Source of the DNA: Candidatus Berkelbacteria bacterium
GTDB lineage: Bacteria > Patescibacteriota > UBA1384 > JACPKC01
Length of the DNA stretch: 64,000 nt
NCBI GenBank assembly: GCA_016198415.1
Contig: JACQIO010000016.1
Span: 6,084-70,083, forward strand
Direction: 5' to 3'
Both the position numbers and the translations under genes were made by a program. How positions within the stretch are numbered: position 1 is the first letter of the stretch; every line of letters starts with the position of its first letter. Under the pieces are notes generated by a model. It saw nothing but the letters and a program-made list of their open reading frames with translations. It had not been told where the DNA came from and made no database searches. Shown here in pieces: positions 1 through 8,694 of the stretch.

Positions 1-1
1 A

Positions 2-256
2 GCGCAGCTCCGCCTCCGAGAACTGATCGAGCGCCTCAAGCGGGATCCAGCCATCAAGGAGCTCGTCATTGCCACCAATCCCTCACTGGAGGGGGAGGCC
101 ACGGCGCTCTACCTGCAAAAGCAAATCACTGAGGCAGGCCTGAAGATCCAGATCACCCGCATCGCCCACGGGTTGCCGATGGGTGGGGACCTGGAGTACG
201 CCGATGCCGTCACCCTCACTCGGGCCATGGAGGGGAGACGAGCGTACTCCAGCTAA
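2..256 (+). CDS. recR: Recombination protein RecR, C-terminal part (5' end lies outside window)
   Basis: Frame ending at TAA 254-256 translates ...[53 protein letters not shown], the Toprim/C-terminal signature of RecR. Confidence 0.8.
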   Translation, partial: AQLRLRELIERLKRDPAIKELVIATNPSLEGEATALYLQKQITEAGLKIQITRIAHGLPMGGDLEYADAVTLTRAMEGRRAYSS

Positions 257-294
257 ATTCGAAGCACGAAACCGTTTGGGTTTTTATGCGTCGC

Positions 295-323
295 TTGACG
301 TTTCCATCCAAAGAGTCTACCCT
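295..323 (+). promoter_or_regulatory. sigma70-like promoter candidate TTGACG-N17-TACCCT
   Basis: TTGACG at 295-300, 17-nt spacer, TACCCT at 318-323, upstream of the Zn-ribbon ORF and cysS. Confidence 0.3.
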
Positions 324-383
324 CGCACTCAATTAGGAGCTATCTGGCTTGGTCGACATGGTCGCGAGCCAAAGGGAGGGTAG

Positions 384-557
384 ATGGCACAGCAGACGTA
401 CTTTTGCCTGGAGTGCAAGCAGGAGACGGCGCTCCGCAGCTGCGAGCTCTGTGGCGAGCAGACCGAGGCGCTGAACGTCAAGGACGATCCATTGCTCGGC
501 CAATCCACGAATGGCCTGGCCTACTCAACCGGCCACGAGGACGATCTATACCTGTAG
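384..557 (+). CDS. Small zinc-ribbon protein (57 aa, CxxC-x9-CxxC); not in ORF track because <60 aa
   Basis: ATG 384 preceded by SD GGGAGGG (374-380). Translates [30 protein letters not shown]..., stop TAG 555-557. Four Cys in zinc-ribbon spacing. Confidence 0.5.
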   Translation: MAQQTYFCLECKQETALRSCELCGEQTEALNVKDDPLLGQSTNGLAYSTGHEDDLYL

Positions 558-2008
558 CCATCCAGCTCCACAACACGCGGACCCGTCGTCTCGAGCCCTT
601 CCAGCCCCTTCAACCCAACGAGGCCGGCATCTACACCTGTGGGCCAACGGTCTACCAGTACACCCACCTGGGGAACTTTCGGACCTACGTGGTGTCTGAT
701 CTCCTCCGGCGCCTCTTGGAGTACCAGGGTTTCGCCGTCAAACACGTCATGAACATCACGGACGTTGGCCACCTGGTGGGGGATGGGGACGAGGGCGAGG
801 ATCGGTTGGAAGTGGGTGCCAAGCGAGAGGGCAAGACTGCCTGGGAGATTGCCAGCTACTACACCGATGCCTTCCTCCACGATCTTGCTCGCCTCAACCT
901 CCGTCAGCCCCACGTCCTGCCGCGGGCAACTCAGCACATCCCCGAGCAGATCGCCCTCATCGAGCAGCTGGAGACCAAGGGCTTTACGTACCGAACGGGC
1001 GACGGGATCTACTTTGAGACCAGCAAGTTGTCAGACTACGGATCCCTCCTTGGTCAGGACCGAGACCAGCTCTTGGCTGGGGCGCGGGTTGAGGTCAACC
1101 CAGAGAAACACCACCCCGCCGACTTTGCGTTGTGGAAGTTTTCGGAGGACAGAAGACAGACGACAGAGGACAGAGCCGATTCGTCCTCCGTCATCCGTCC
1201 TCCGTCATCCGAAAGAAGGCAGATGGAGTGGGACTCGCCCTGGGGCGTCGGCTTCCCGGGCTGGCACATCGAGTGTTCGGCCATGAGCGTCAAGTACCTC
1301 GGCCAGCCGTTCGATCTTCACATTGGTGGCGAAGACCTCGTTTTCCCGCACCACACGAACGAGAGTGCTCAGACAGAGGCGGCCACCGGCCAGCCCCTCG
1401 CCAACTACTGGCTCCATGGGGCGTTCATGAGCGTTGATGGCGCCAAGATGAGCAAGTCGCTCGGCAATACCTACACCGTCGAGGACGTGGTCAAGCGGGG
1501 CCACGATCCATTGGCGTTCCGCTACCTCACGCTCCAGACCCACTACCGCAAACCGCTCAACTTTACCTGGGAGGCGGTCCAGGCGGCCGATCAGGCGCTC
1601 GCCAACCTTCGGGCCCTCGTCCGCGAGCTTCCAGAAGAGGGGACCGAGCTCGATCCTGCTACCGAGGAGGAGTTTCGGACCCACATCGGCCATGATCTGG
1701 GCCTGCCGCAGGCGCTGGCGCTCTTCTGGGACGTGCTCAAATCAGACCGAGAAGCAGGGGAAAAGACCACAGCCGTTCAACACTGGGACCAGGTTTTTGG
1801 CTTGGGCTTGGCCGATCAACTCGGGAAGCTCGAAGAAATTCCGACCGAGGTGAGTGCCCTGGTGGCCAAGCGCGAGCAGGCGCGGGGAGCGGGGGAGTAC
1901 GGCCAGGCCGACGAGCTTCGATCCAAGCTGACTGACCTGGGCTACACCGTCGACGACACCCCCGACGGTCCCAAGGTCCATCGAGTCGAAAAGCCAACAG
2001 AACTGTAG
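404..2008 (+). CDS. cysS: Cysteine--tRNA ligase (class I aaRS). Maximal ORF given. Homology to CysRS begins near nt 557-560 ([10 protein letters not shown]...), so the true start is probably a non-ATG codon overlapping the Zn-ribbon ORF
   Basis: HIGH-type motif [14 protein letters not shown] motif ([10 protein letters not shown]), WHIECSAM zinc-site motif. About 22-aa low-complexity insertion before WDSPWG. No SD before ATG 404. Confidence 0.9.
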   Translation: MPGVQAGDGAPQLRALWRADRGAERQGRSIARPIHEWPGLLNRPRGRSIPVAIQLHNTRTRRLEPFQPLQPNEAGIYTCGPTVYQYTHLGNFRTYVVSDLLRRLLEYQGFAVKHVMNITDVGHLVGDGDEGEDRLEVGAKREGKTAWEIASYYTDAFLHDLARLNLRQPHVLPRATQHIPEQIALIEQLETKGFTYRTGDGIYFETSKLSDYGSLLGQDRDQLLAGARVEVNPEKHHPADFALWKFSEDRRQTTEDRADSSSVIRPPSSERRQMEWDSPWGVGFPGWHIECSAMSVKYLGQPFDLHIGGEDLVFPHHTNESAQTEAATGQPLANYWLHGAFMSVDGAKMSKSLGNTYTVEDVVKRGHDPLAFRYLTLQTHYRKPLNFTWEAVQAADQALANLRALVRELPEEGTELDPATEEEFRTHIGHDLGLPQALALFWDVLKSDREAGEKTTAVQHWDQVFGLGLADQLGKLEEIPTEVSALVAKREQARGAGEYGQADELRSKLTDLGYTVDDTPDGPKVHRVEKPTEL

Positions 2009-2014
2009 ACTCTT

Positions 2015-2775
2015 TCACCACCCCACCTACACACCGGAAGTGTAGGTTGGGTGGTGTTATAATGCGGGCATGGCAGTCCGGCACGAATCGATCATTACCG
2101 GCGAGGTCTATCACGTCTTTAATCGTGGCGTTGAGAAGCGAGATCTGTTTATTGACGATGTCGATCGTCAGCACTTTCTCGATGTCCTCAGCTTCTACCT
2201 AGACGAAGTTCAGGCAACCCGCTTCTCATTTCTCACCACAAAGCAGCGACAAAGAATGCTGCAGAAAATGCCCACGCATCCGCGCGTTGAGATCTTGGCC
2301 TACTGCCTGATGGGCAACCACTTCCACCTGATCATCCGCCAGTTGGGCGACGAGGGGATTCGGCGATTTCTCCACCGGGCGCTGAACAGCTACGCTCGAT
2401 ACTTCAACACCCGATACGAGCGAGTCGGTGCGCTCTTCCAGGGTCGATTTCGTGCTGTCCGGGTGACGAGTGATGCCCAGCTTCTTCACCTGATCCGTTA
2501 CCTTCATCTCAACCCATACGTGAGCCATCTTGTGGAGACGCTCGACTCGTACACGTGGAGCTCTCACCCCCTCTATGCTGCCCAACGAGAGACACGACTC
2601 GTCCGCATCACTCAAGGCATGAGTTTCTTTGACAATGACCCAGAGCGATACCGGAAGTTCCTTGAGGATTATCAGGAGTACGCACGTTCGTTGCATCTCC
2701 TCCGGGACATCGCCGAGCAAAGCCGCTGATTTCACACCACCACCCTTTCACTCCGGAAGTGTAGGTGGTGTGGTG
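2015..2775 (+). mobile_element. IS200/IS605-family-like minimal element: Y1 (HUH) transposase gene flanked by subterminal hairpins
   Basis: Left hairpin CACCACCCCACCTACAC-ACCGGAA-GTGTAGGTTGGGTGGTG (2015-2055), right hairpin region with the same CCGGAAGTGTAGGTGGTGTGGTG core (2733-2775), both start with TTTCAC(C). Extended -10 (TGtTATAAT 2054-2062) immediately before ATG 2070 suggests a leaderless transcript. Confidence 0.55.
2070..2729 (+). CDS. IS200-like / REP-associated tyrosine transposase (Y1 HUH transposase, COG1943/RAYT-like)
   Basis: 219 aa. N-terminal YHVFNRG, HUH motif LMGNHFHLII, catalytic-Tyr region SYARYFNTRYERVGALFQGRF typical of Transposase_17/RAYT proteins. Confidence 0.85.
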   Translation: MAVRHESIITGEVYHVFNRGVEKRDLFIDDVDRQHFLDVLSFYLDEVQATRFSFLTTKQRQRMLQKMPTHPRVEILAYCLMGNHFHLIIRQLGDEGIRRFLHRALNSYARYFNTRYERVGALFQGRFRAVRVTSDAQLLHLIRYLHLNPYVSHLVETLDSYTWSSHPLYAAQRETRLVRITQGMSFFDNDPERYRKFLEDYQEYARSLHLLRDIAEQSR

Positions 2776-2791
2776 AGGGGTTAGGGTGGGC

Positions 2792-2820
2792 TTGACAGAT
2801 GCCACATCCTGGTGTATCAT
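2792..2820 (+). promoter_or_regulatory. Near-consensus sigma70 promoter TTGACA-N17-TATCAT
   Basis: TTGACA 2792-2797, 17-nt spacer, TATCAT 2815-2820, directly after the IS200-like right end, pointing into an ORF-free region. Confidence 0.5.
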
Positions 2821-2826
2821 CTCGCT

Positions 2827-3526
2827 GTTCCTGGCGCTTCAATCACATGGTTCCTCTTCGCGCCGGGGACGTTCACAACAAAGATGGAGGCGGGCTGGGA
2901 TGCGCACCCCTAGCCACCACGCCTCCTCGTTCCGGCCCTTGTTGGTCGGACGAAAGCCTGGTGCGCACCCTGGGTCCGGTGAGCGTTTGACGCTCCAAGC
3001 CGTACCCAAGGTTCATGGCCTCGCCCTTGCGCCGGTTCGAACCCGGCTGCCACTCATTTGGTTTGTCGGGCGAGGCAAACCGGAGGCGGTGATCTGACCA
3101 GCGATCCGGGCTGGTTAGGGAGATCAAGATCATCGCTGATGCGGGAGCGTCGTGCCGAGGGCTGGGCCTCGGCACTGTCACTGGATTCCCGGAAGAACTG
3201 GGTCCAGGATGCTCCGGGACGGAGAGAGCTGCGCTGGTGGTTGACTCCCACCTAAGCCAACTCGGCTGCTCTCCTCCTATCCCACCCGTCACCCCCACTC
3301 GCGGGACGCGTGCCAGGCCTTCGGGTCTGGACCCACGAGCGGGGCTTGCAGGCCGCACTGCGTGGCCACCCACGAAGACCTCCACTTCCCCCACCGAAGC
3401 GCGCGATGGGGCCCCGGGATCACTCGGCGGAGGCACTCATGAGGAGTCGGCGGGGTGCGTTGCACCCACCCGGGGCACCACCCCGTCGACCTCCTCCCAC
3501 AAAAAGCGCCGTAGGGCGCACACACC
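2827..3526 (+). ncRNA. Candidate non-coding transcript or decayed gene remnant (no credible ORF on either strand)
   Basis: About 0.9 kb between tnpA and the next gene. Only short Arg/Pro/Gly-rich overlapping ORFs. Consensus promoter upstream, canonical T-arm-like hairpin GCCGGTTCGAACCCGGC at 3031-3047, GC hairpin near the 3' end. Confidence 0.2.
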
Positions 3527-3560
3527 GGGCCGGCTCATCGCGAGCCGGCCCTTCCTCATG
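3527..3560 (+). terminator. Terminator-like GC hairpin GGGCCGGCTC-ATCGC-GAGCCGGCCC followed by TTCCTCAT
   Basis: Perfect 10-bp stem seen directly. Weak U-tract, as usual in a GC-rich genome. Confidence 0.3.
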
Positions 3561-3570
3561 TCATCACCAA

Positions 3571-3599
3571 TTGACAACCGCCGCGCCTTCAGGTATGGT
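3571..3599 (+). promoter_or_regulatory. sigma70 promoter TTGACA-N17-TATGGT
   Basis: TTGACA 3571-3576, TATGGT 3594-3599. SD GAGGAG precedes ATG 3710. Confidence 0.5.
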
Positions 3600-3709
3600 G
3601 ACGCGTTCTTGCACCAGAACAATTCGGACAACGAAACGCTCCTTTTGGGGCGCGTTCTGCGTGCAGACAGATCACACGCGGGCGTGGCCCGCATGAGGAG
3701 AAAGTCAAA

Positions 3710-5278
3710 ATGTTCAAAGTTCTGTTCGTTCAAACCATCGGCCTCGTCATGACCCTCGGCCTCGCTGGGCTGGCGCTCGGGAGCCTCCGGCTCCTCTGGG
3801 CAGCGCACCGGGACAATGGGTCCTACTCGTCCCGAACGCCGTGTTGGCCGGAGCGCCGGACCTGGTGGCTGCGGGGTGCCAGTTGCATCGTGGCTGCCTG
3901 GAGTGCGTACGCACTGGGGAGGATCTTGGCGCCAGACACCTGGCTCTGGTTCTTCCTGGTCACGTACACGACGACCTGGCTGACGCTCTCTACGCACCTC
4001 AGCCGGACGATGTGGCGGACCAACTCCCGTCAGCCGCGGATCCATCGCCTCTCATGGGGTGTGGCGATCTTCGCACTGATGGGTGGCACCATGACCGTCC
4101 TCGCGACCACTTGGTCCCTGTTCATGGTGGCGGCAATCTTTGTTGCCCTGCCACGGATCTGGGAGTGGTGGTCCGAGTGGTTCCAGGATGTGCGGTACCG
4201 CCGGCACCGGCCGGTCGCCGCGCTCGGCATGGGGCTGGCGATCCTCGTCGGCCTGAGCTGGATCACAGTCATGAGCGGGCGCGTTGCCATCGAAGCCCTC
4301 TTGGGGACGAAGGTTATCGTGCGGGCCGGCGGAGTCGTTACGCCGCCGCCACCTCCGCCGCCGGTGGCGCTTCCCAAGTGGATCCTCGGCAAAGGGGTCT
4401 GGATCGTCAACCTTGACCACGCCGAGGGCGGGGACCTCGAGGCCATCGTGGCGAAGGCCAAGAAGTACCACGCCGACCACCTCCTGGTGAAGCTCTTTGA
4501 CTCAGAGTGGGATGAGGGGCCGTGGATCCCGTTTCACGGCGCCGACATCCGCCCGGTGGCCAAGGAGCTCATCGCGCTCGCCCACGCCGAGGGCATCAAG
4601 GTCTACCTCTGGGGGTACGTCTACGGCAAGCGGACCCAGTGGGAGATCGGGCTCGTCCGGGAGTGCCTCATGCTCAACCCCGACGGCTTTGTCTATGACG
4701 CCGAGGGGGAGTGCAAGAAGGAGGGCCGAACCGAGAACCTGGAGGAGATCTGCCGGTCGGTTACGGAATGGCGGGACAAGTACCGGCCGAACGCACTGCT
4801 CGGGTTCTCGTCGTTCGACGGGACGATCATGCACGCCGACGGAGGGTTCCCGTACGCGGTCTTCGACCGCTACTGCGAGGTCTTCATCCCCCAGTGTTAC
4901 TGGAAGGATGATGCCACCGGCACTCCAGCCGATCGTCTCAGCTGGGCGTCGGAGCAGTGGGTCGCCTCGGCGGCCAAGTACCGTGCGCGGGGGGCAGGCA
5001 AGTCGTTCGATCGAATCCTCCCGGCTGGCCACGCCTACGACCCCAGACTCAACAGTAACCTTCGGGAGATCCCGTATGAGGAGGTCGTGGACTTCCTTGA
5101 ACGGGCCGAAGGCTTCTGGGGGGTGTCGCTGTACACCTACGAGTTTATGGGGCCGGAGCAGTGGCAGGGCTTCCGGGACGGGCCCGGGTCGCTCCGGGAG
5201 AAGGCCGAGCGGTACGGCGAGGAGCTGCGCAAGGCGCGGGAGGCTAAGCGTAGCGGCAAGAAGGGAAAGGAGGGCTGA
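3710..5278 (+). CDS. Polytopic membrane protein with poly-Pro linker and C-terminal TIM-barrel glycoside-hydrolase-like domain (GHL/DUF4015-type guess), Lys-rich tail
   Basis: 522 aa. About 6 N-terminal hydrophobic helices, PPPPPPP linker, then WIVNLDHAEGGD...IKVYLWGYVYG...LNPDGFVYDAEGE. Good SD. Domain assignment by similarity only. Confidence 0.8.
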   Translation: MFKVLFVQTIGLVMTLGLAGLALGSLRLLWAAHRDNGSYSSRTPCWPERRTWWLRGASCIVAAWSAYALGRILAPDTWLWFFLVTYTTTWLTLSTHLSRTMWRTNSRQPRIHRLSWGVAIFALMGGTMTVLATTWSLFMVAAIFVALPRIWEWWSEWFQDVRYRRHRPVAALGMGLAILVGLSWITVMSGRVAIEALLGTKVIVRAGGVVTPPPPPPPVALPKWILGKGVWIVNLDHAEGGDLEAIVAKAKKYHADHLLVKLFDSEWDEGPWIPFHGADIRPVAKELIALAHAEGIKVYLWGYVYGKRTQWEIGLVRECLMLNPDGFVYDAEGECKKEGRTENLEEICRSVTEWRDKYRPNALLGFSSFDGTIMHADGGFPYAVFDRYCEVFIPQCYWKDDATGTPADRLSWASEQWVASAAKYRARGAGKSFDRILPAGHAYDPRLNSNLREIPYEEVVDFLERAEGFWGVSLYTYEFMGPEQWQGFRDGPGSLREKAERYGEELRKAREAKRSGKKGKEG

Positions 5279-5282
5279 GCAG

Positions 5283-5326
5283 AGGTCCGTGGGGAGCAAT
5301 CCCCCGGACCTCTTTCCTTTTTGGGC
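5283..5326 (+). terminator. Intrinsic terminator GAGGTCCGTGGGG-agcaat-CCCCCGGACCTC + TTTCCTTTTTGGG
   Basis: 12-bp GC stem followed by T-rich tract immediately after stop of 3710..5278. Confidence 0.65.
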
Positions 5327-5553
5327 TGCTTCTGGTCGTAACGACCTCGGCGCGTCTACAAATGACCAATAATCAAACTCCAATAACCAGACAAGTTCCA
5401 ATATCCAATGTTCAGTTTGGTTATTCGGACCTTCGGTTATTGTCTGATCATTGAGGCTTGGTCATTGGTCATTGCCTCGCGCACCCTGCTCCTATTGAAC
5501 CACCCCTGTTGGCAGCGTCGAATGGGTCTGCGGCCGGGTGAACATCAAGGCAT

Positions 5554-5582
5554 TGACAGGAGGAGAGGTACGTGCTAGACTC
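5554..5582 (+). promoter_or_regulatory. sigma70 promoter TTGACA-N17-TAGACT
   Basis: TTGACAGG 5554-5561 and TAGACT 5577-5582, about 250 nt upstream of ATG 5834 (long leader). Confidence 0.35.
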
Positions 5583-5833
5583 CCGAGTTCGCTGCTGGTA
5601 CAGTGCGTTCAGAGGGACGCACGTCCAGTTGCTTTCCACCAAGTAGAACGTCATTCCACTCTGGTCCGGCTAGGAGCTGGGAGAGTTGTCTGCGAGCCTT
5701 GCTCAACGACTTTGCCCCTCCTTCCCAGCTGTCCCCTGAGGATACTCGAGCTCGCTCCGCTTGCCGGAGAGGGTACGTGGCCTGGCTGGACCAGAGGGAA
5801 TGACACTTAAGGAGGGGATCGTGGGGCACGACT

Positions 5834-8548
5834 ATGACCAACGAAACTCTCCGAAGTGGCACCCAATCTCCTGAAACGAACCGGCCGGACAACGCGCCGG
5901 CTTTTGGCGTTGTGGGTGAGCGACTGGCCGCCCTCGGCGAGCGCATCCGCTCGGGGTTCGCAGAGGGTCGCGAGCAGGCGATGGCCGCCGCCCGCGGGCG
6001 GATTGCGGCTGCTCCCACCCTGGAAGCGGCTGCGGCCGAGGGGCTCAAGGATCGCCTGACGCCAGAACTCAAGGCCGCCCAAGAGCGCGATGGCACTGCC
6101 TGGTACAACCAAGCCCGCGCCTGGCTCAAGCATCCCGAGGTTCGCAAGGCCCGGACTGGTCTCTCCATCGCTGCCACCGGCGCCGGCTTCTTTGGGCTGG
6201 CCACCGCTAACCTGCCGCTCGTGGCCGGTGCGGTGGCGGCTCGCTTTGGCCTGGCCGCCCTCGGTTCCTACAACCTGGCCCAAGAAATCCAACTCAACCG
6301 CGATCTCCATAAGGACACTAGCCGCGAACTCACGGGGCTCGAAAAGCTCGTCGGCGTCTTCACGCGGCGTGGCCAGGGCCTCGATGAGGCAACTGTGGCC
6401 GGGATGAGTCGCGATCAAGCCCAGGCCCGGATTGCCGCGACGGTCGCGACGGCCCGGGCGGCCGATATCACCGATGCCCGTGCCATCAGCCAGCAAGCCG
6501 CCTTTGATCAACTGCTCGTCAAGTCGACGCTCAGTGCCCAGACCGAGAAGCGCTTGGAACAACTTCGCAGCGCAATGGCAGCTCGCCTGATTCGAGCTGA
6601 GCGGGGCTTGGGCAAGCGCGCTGCCCTCGATGAGGCCGAGGTGACTGCCTACGCGGTGACTCATCAAGCGGCGATCGATCAAGCCATCGCCGAGCGCGAG
6701 GCCAAGCGGGGCGAGTGGGAGCAGACGAACGGTCAGACGCTCAGCAAGACGAGCGCGCTTGTTCGCGGTCACGCTCAAGCACGTGCCGACGTTGCCACGG
6801 TCCTGGCCGGTGCTGAGATCCAGCTGCCAGCCGCCCGCACGCAGGCCAAGCACCGAACGATCCTCTCCGGTCTGATTGGTCTGGGGATGGGCGCCCTGTC
6901 TCTCTTCATGGGTGGCGTAAGTAAGCTGGAGTCCGCCAAGGACGCAGCTGAGGCCGCTGCCACTGGCGTGACCCCGGACGTGGCCGGCCCGCCTGATGCC
7001 ACAACTTTGGGAGAGACGCCAGTGCCCCGACCCGGTTTGCCGATCCCAGCGCCTGCAGCGGCGGCGCCGGCACATGAGGCTGGTGGTCTTGGCCGTGAGG
7101 CGCTCCAGAACGCTGGGACGGCCGCGCGCGCCATCGCCAGCGGGCGTGAGCACTTCCATGCCAATCTTGTCGACACGCTCCGGGCCGGCCTGGAGCAGGC
7201 TGACTACCAAGGCACCACCCAGCCAATCCACGCGGCGGTCAATGCCCTGGTCCACAACCACCTGACCGACGGCTTTGATCTGTCCGTGGTCAACACGGAG
7301 AATGGCCAGTCGCTCGCGCAGTACCTCCTCTACCACGCGGACGAGCTGGCTGACCCAGCCAATGAGGCCAAGCTCTACGATCTCCTGTCCCATGACTTCT
7401 CAACCGCTGAGCTGGGTGAGCGGATGGCGCTGGCCGTGACTGGTGAGGTGGACGCGTCCGCGCTCGAATCAACCGTTGGGGCTGCCGCAACTGCCGCTGA
7501 GGGCGCGGCCGGAGCGCAGGAAGTCTTTGTCAACGAGCACGTCCAGGCTGCTCTCGATGCCCTTGAGTCCACAGAGACGCGGGGCGTGGTCACGCCGGAC
7601 CAGGTGGCCCCGCTCAACCGATTGATTCTCAAGAGTGAGGATGTCCGTGAGGCGTTGGCCCTCGAGGGTCCCCACGGTGGTGAGACTAATCAGATTACGA
7701 ACGTAGAGAGACTCCACGCAGGCCAGGCCGCTCCTGCGGTGACACACCTGAGCGACGGTCGGCTCCGACTCATCTACATGTTAGACGGTCGGGATATGTC
7801 TCTTGAGCCGGTGGCCGATCCGCAGAAGCTGACGGTCACCCTCGACTCAGCCGGCCACGTTGTCAAGGCCGAGAGCGAGCTCCTGGAGCACGGGAATTGG
7901 ATGAAGGATCCGGAAACGTATCCAGAGCCGGTTCCAGCAGCGCCGGCTGAGCCCGTGCCCGCACCAGAGGCCGTCAAGCCTGGCAACTTCACGGTTGTTG
8001 AGGATGGTCCAACCCAGTCACCGGTAACTGTGGCCACGTCGCCCAGCTTCACGGTCGTAGAGGATCGGGCGACCCTGCCTGTCGAGTCTGCACCAGCGTC
8101 AGTGACCCCAGTTCCAGCCGAGGCACCCCCGCAAATCGCTGCCCCAGCCGAACCGACCGAGCCAGAGGCACCGACTGCTCCGGTGACGACCGAGGAAGTC
8201 AAGGCGACGCCGATTCCTACCGAGGCGCCACCGGCTGAGGCAGTCGTCGAAGAGACCGAGCAGCCGAACCGCACGGTCCTTGACCCCAACCAACCCTGGC
8301 TGACGCTCCCGCCTGAGGGATCCGAAGAGACAGCTGAGGTGGAACCAGAAGCGGCCAAGCCAGAGGAGTCGACTGAGGACACGCCGAACATTACTGCAAC
8401 ACCCACTGATGTAGCCACGCCAGTTCCCACAGAGGAACCACCGGCCGAAGCGTCGGAACCAGTGGTTCGGGAGTCACCTCTCGCCAAGCCGTCGGATGGT
8501 GAGGTGGCACCCACGCCAACTGGCAAGTACGAGGCGGTTGGTATCTAA
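5834..8548 (+). CDS. Large (904 aa) Ala-rich membrane/surface protein with Pro/Glu/Thr/Val-rich repetitive C-terminal half
   Basis: N-terminal region with hydrophobic segments (LSIAATGAGFFGLATANLPLVAGAVAARFGLAALG). C-terminal PEPVPAAPAEPVPAPE... with internal direct repeat NFTVVEDGPTQSPVTVATSPSFTVVEDRATLPV. SD AAGGAGGGG upstream. The 528-aa antisense ORF is rejected. Confidence 0.75.
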   Translation: MTNETLRSGTQSPETNRPDNAPAFGVVGERLAALGERIRSGFAEGREQAMAAARGRIAAAPTLEAAAAEGLKDRLTPELKAAQERDGTAWYNQARAWLKHPEVRKARTGLSIAATGAGFFGLATANLPLVAGAVAARFGLAALGSYNLAQEIQLNRDLHKDTSRELTGLEKLVGVFTRRGQGLDEATVAGMSRDQAQARIAATVATARAADITDARAISQQAAFDQLLVKSTLSAQTEKRLEQLRSAMAARLIRAERGLGKRAALDEAEVTAYAVTHQAAIDQAIAEREAKRGEWEQTNGQTLSKTSALVRGHAQARADVATVLAGAEIQLPAARTQAKHRTILSGLIGLGMGALSLFMGGVSKLESAKDAAEAAATGVTPDVAGPPDATTLGETPVPRPGLPIPAPAAAAPAHEAGGLGREALQNAGTAARAIASGREHFHANLVDTLRAGLEQADYQGTTQPIHAAVNALVHNHLTDGFDLSVVNTENGQSLAQYLLYHADELADPANEAKLYDLLSHDFSTAELGERMALAVTGEVDASALESTVGAAATAAEGAAGAQEVFVNEHVQAALDALESTETRGVVTPDQVAPLNRLILKSEDVREALALEGPHGGETNQITNVERLHAGQAAPAVTHLSDGRLRLIYMLDGRDMSLEPVADPQKLTVTLDSAGHVVKAESELLEHGNWMKDPETYPEPVPAAPAEPVPAPEAVKPGNFTVVEDGPTQSPVTVATSPSFTVVEDRATLPVESAPASVTPVPAEAPPQIAAPAEPTEPEAPTAPVTTEEVKATPIPTEAPPAEAVVEETEQPNRTVLDPNQPWLTLPPEGSEETAEVEPEAAKPEESTEDTPNITATPTDVATPVPTEEPPAEASEPVVRESPLAKPSDGEVAPTPTGKYEAVGI

Positions 8549-8694
8549 GTCACGAACGTAGATCACGTAGCCCGTTGAGGCTGCTTCCCGTCCAGGAGGG
8601 CGGGGAGAGGGCCTGAAGGGGAAGGCAGGTTCCTTCACAACTTGGGGAAGACAAAACATTTTTGCCCGCAAGGGCACGGAGGGAGTACGAGACA

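Noticed and set aside
404-547. Taking ATG 404 as the definitive cysS start
   Set aside because: No SD. The 52 added residues are out-of-frame-like (Arg/Gly/Ala-rich) and overlap a better-supported Zn-ribbon ORF. Kept as the maximal ORF but flagged.
3031-3055. tRNA gene at the T-arm-like hairpin GCCGGTTCGAACCCGGC + TGCCACTC
   Set aside because: No complementary 5' acceptor strand (AGTGGCA) or D/anticodon arms can be found upstream, so it is not a complete tRNA. Kept only as part of the ncRNA/att-scar hypothesis.
2827-3555. tmRNA (ssrA) in the ORF-free region
   Set aside because: No GGGG…TTCGAC 5' domain and no in-frame tag peptide ending ALAA-stop. The T-arm is not followed by an acceptor/ACCA pairing with any nearby 5' end.
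5807-7393. 528-aa minus-strand ORF antisense to the 904-aa gene (also 5575-6204, 6775-7176 etc.)
   Set aside because: Arg/Gly/Leu-rich composition typical of antisense reading of GC-rich coding DNA. The plus-strand ORF has an SD, a sensible start and coherent domain organisation.
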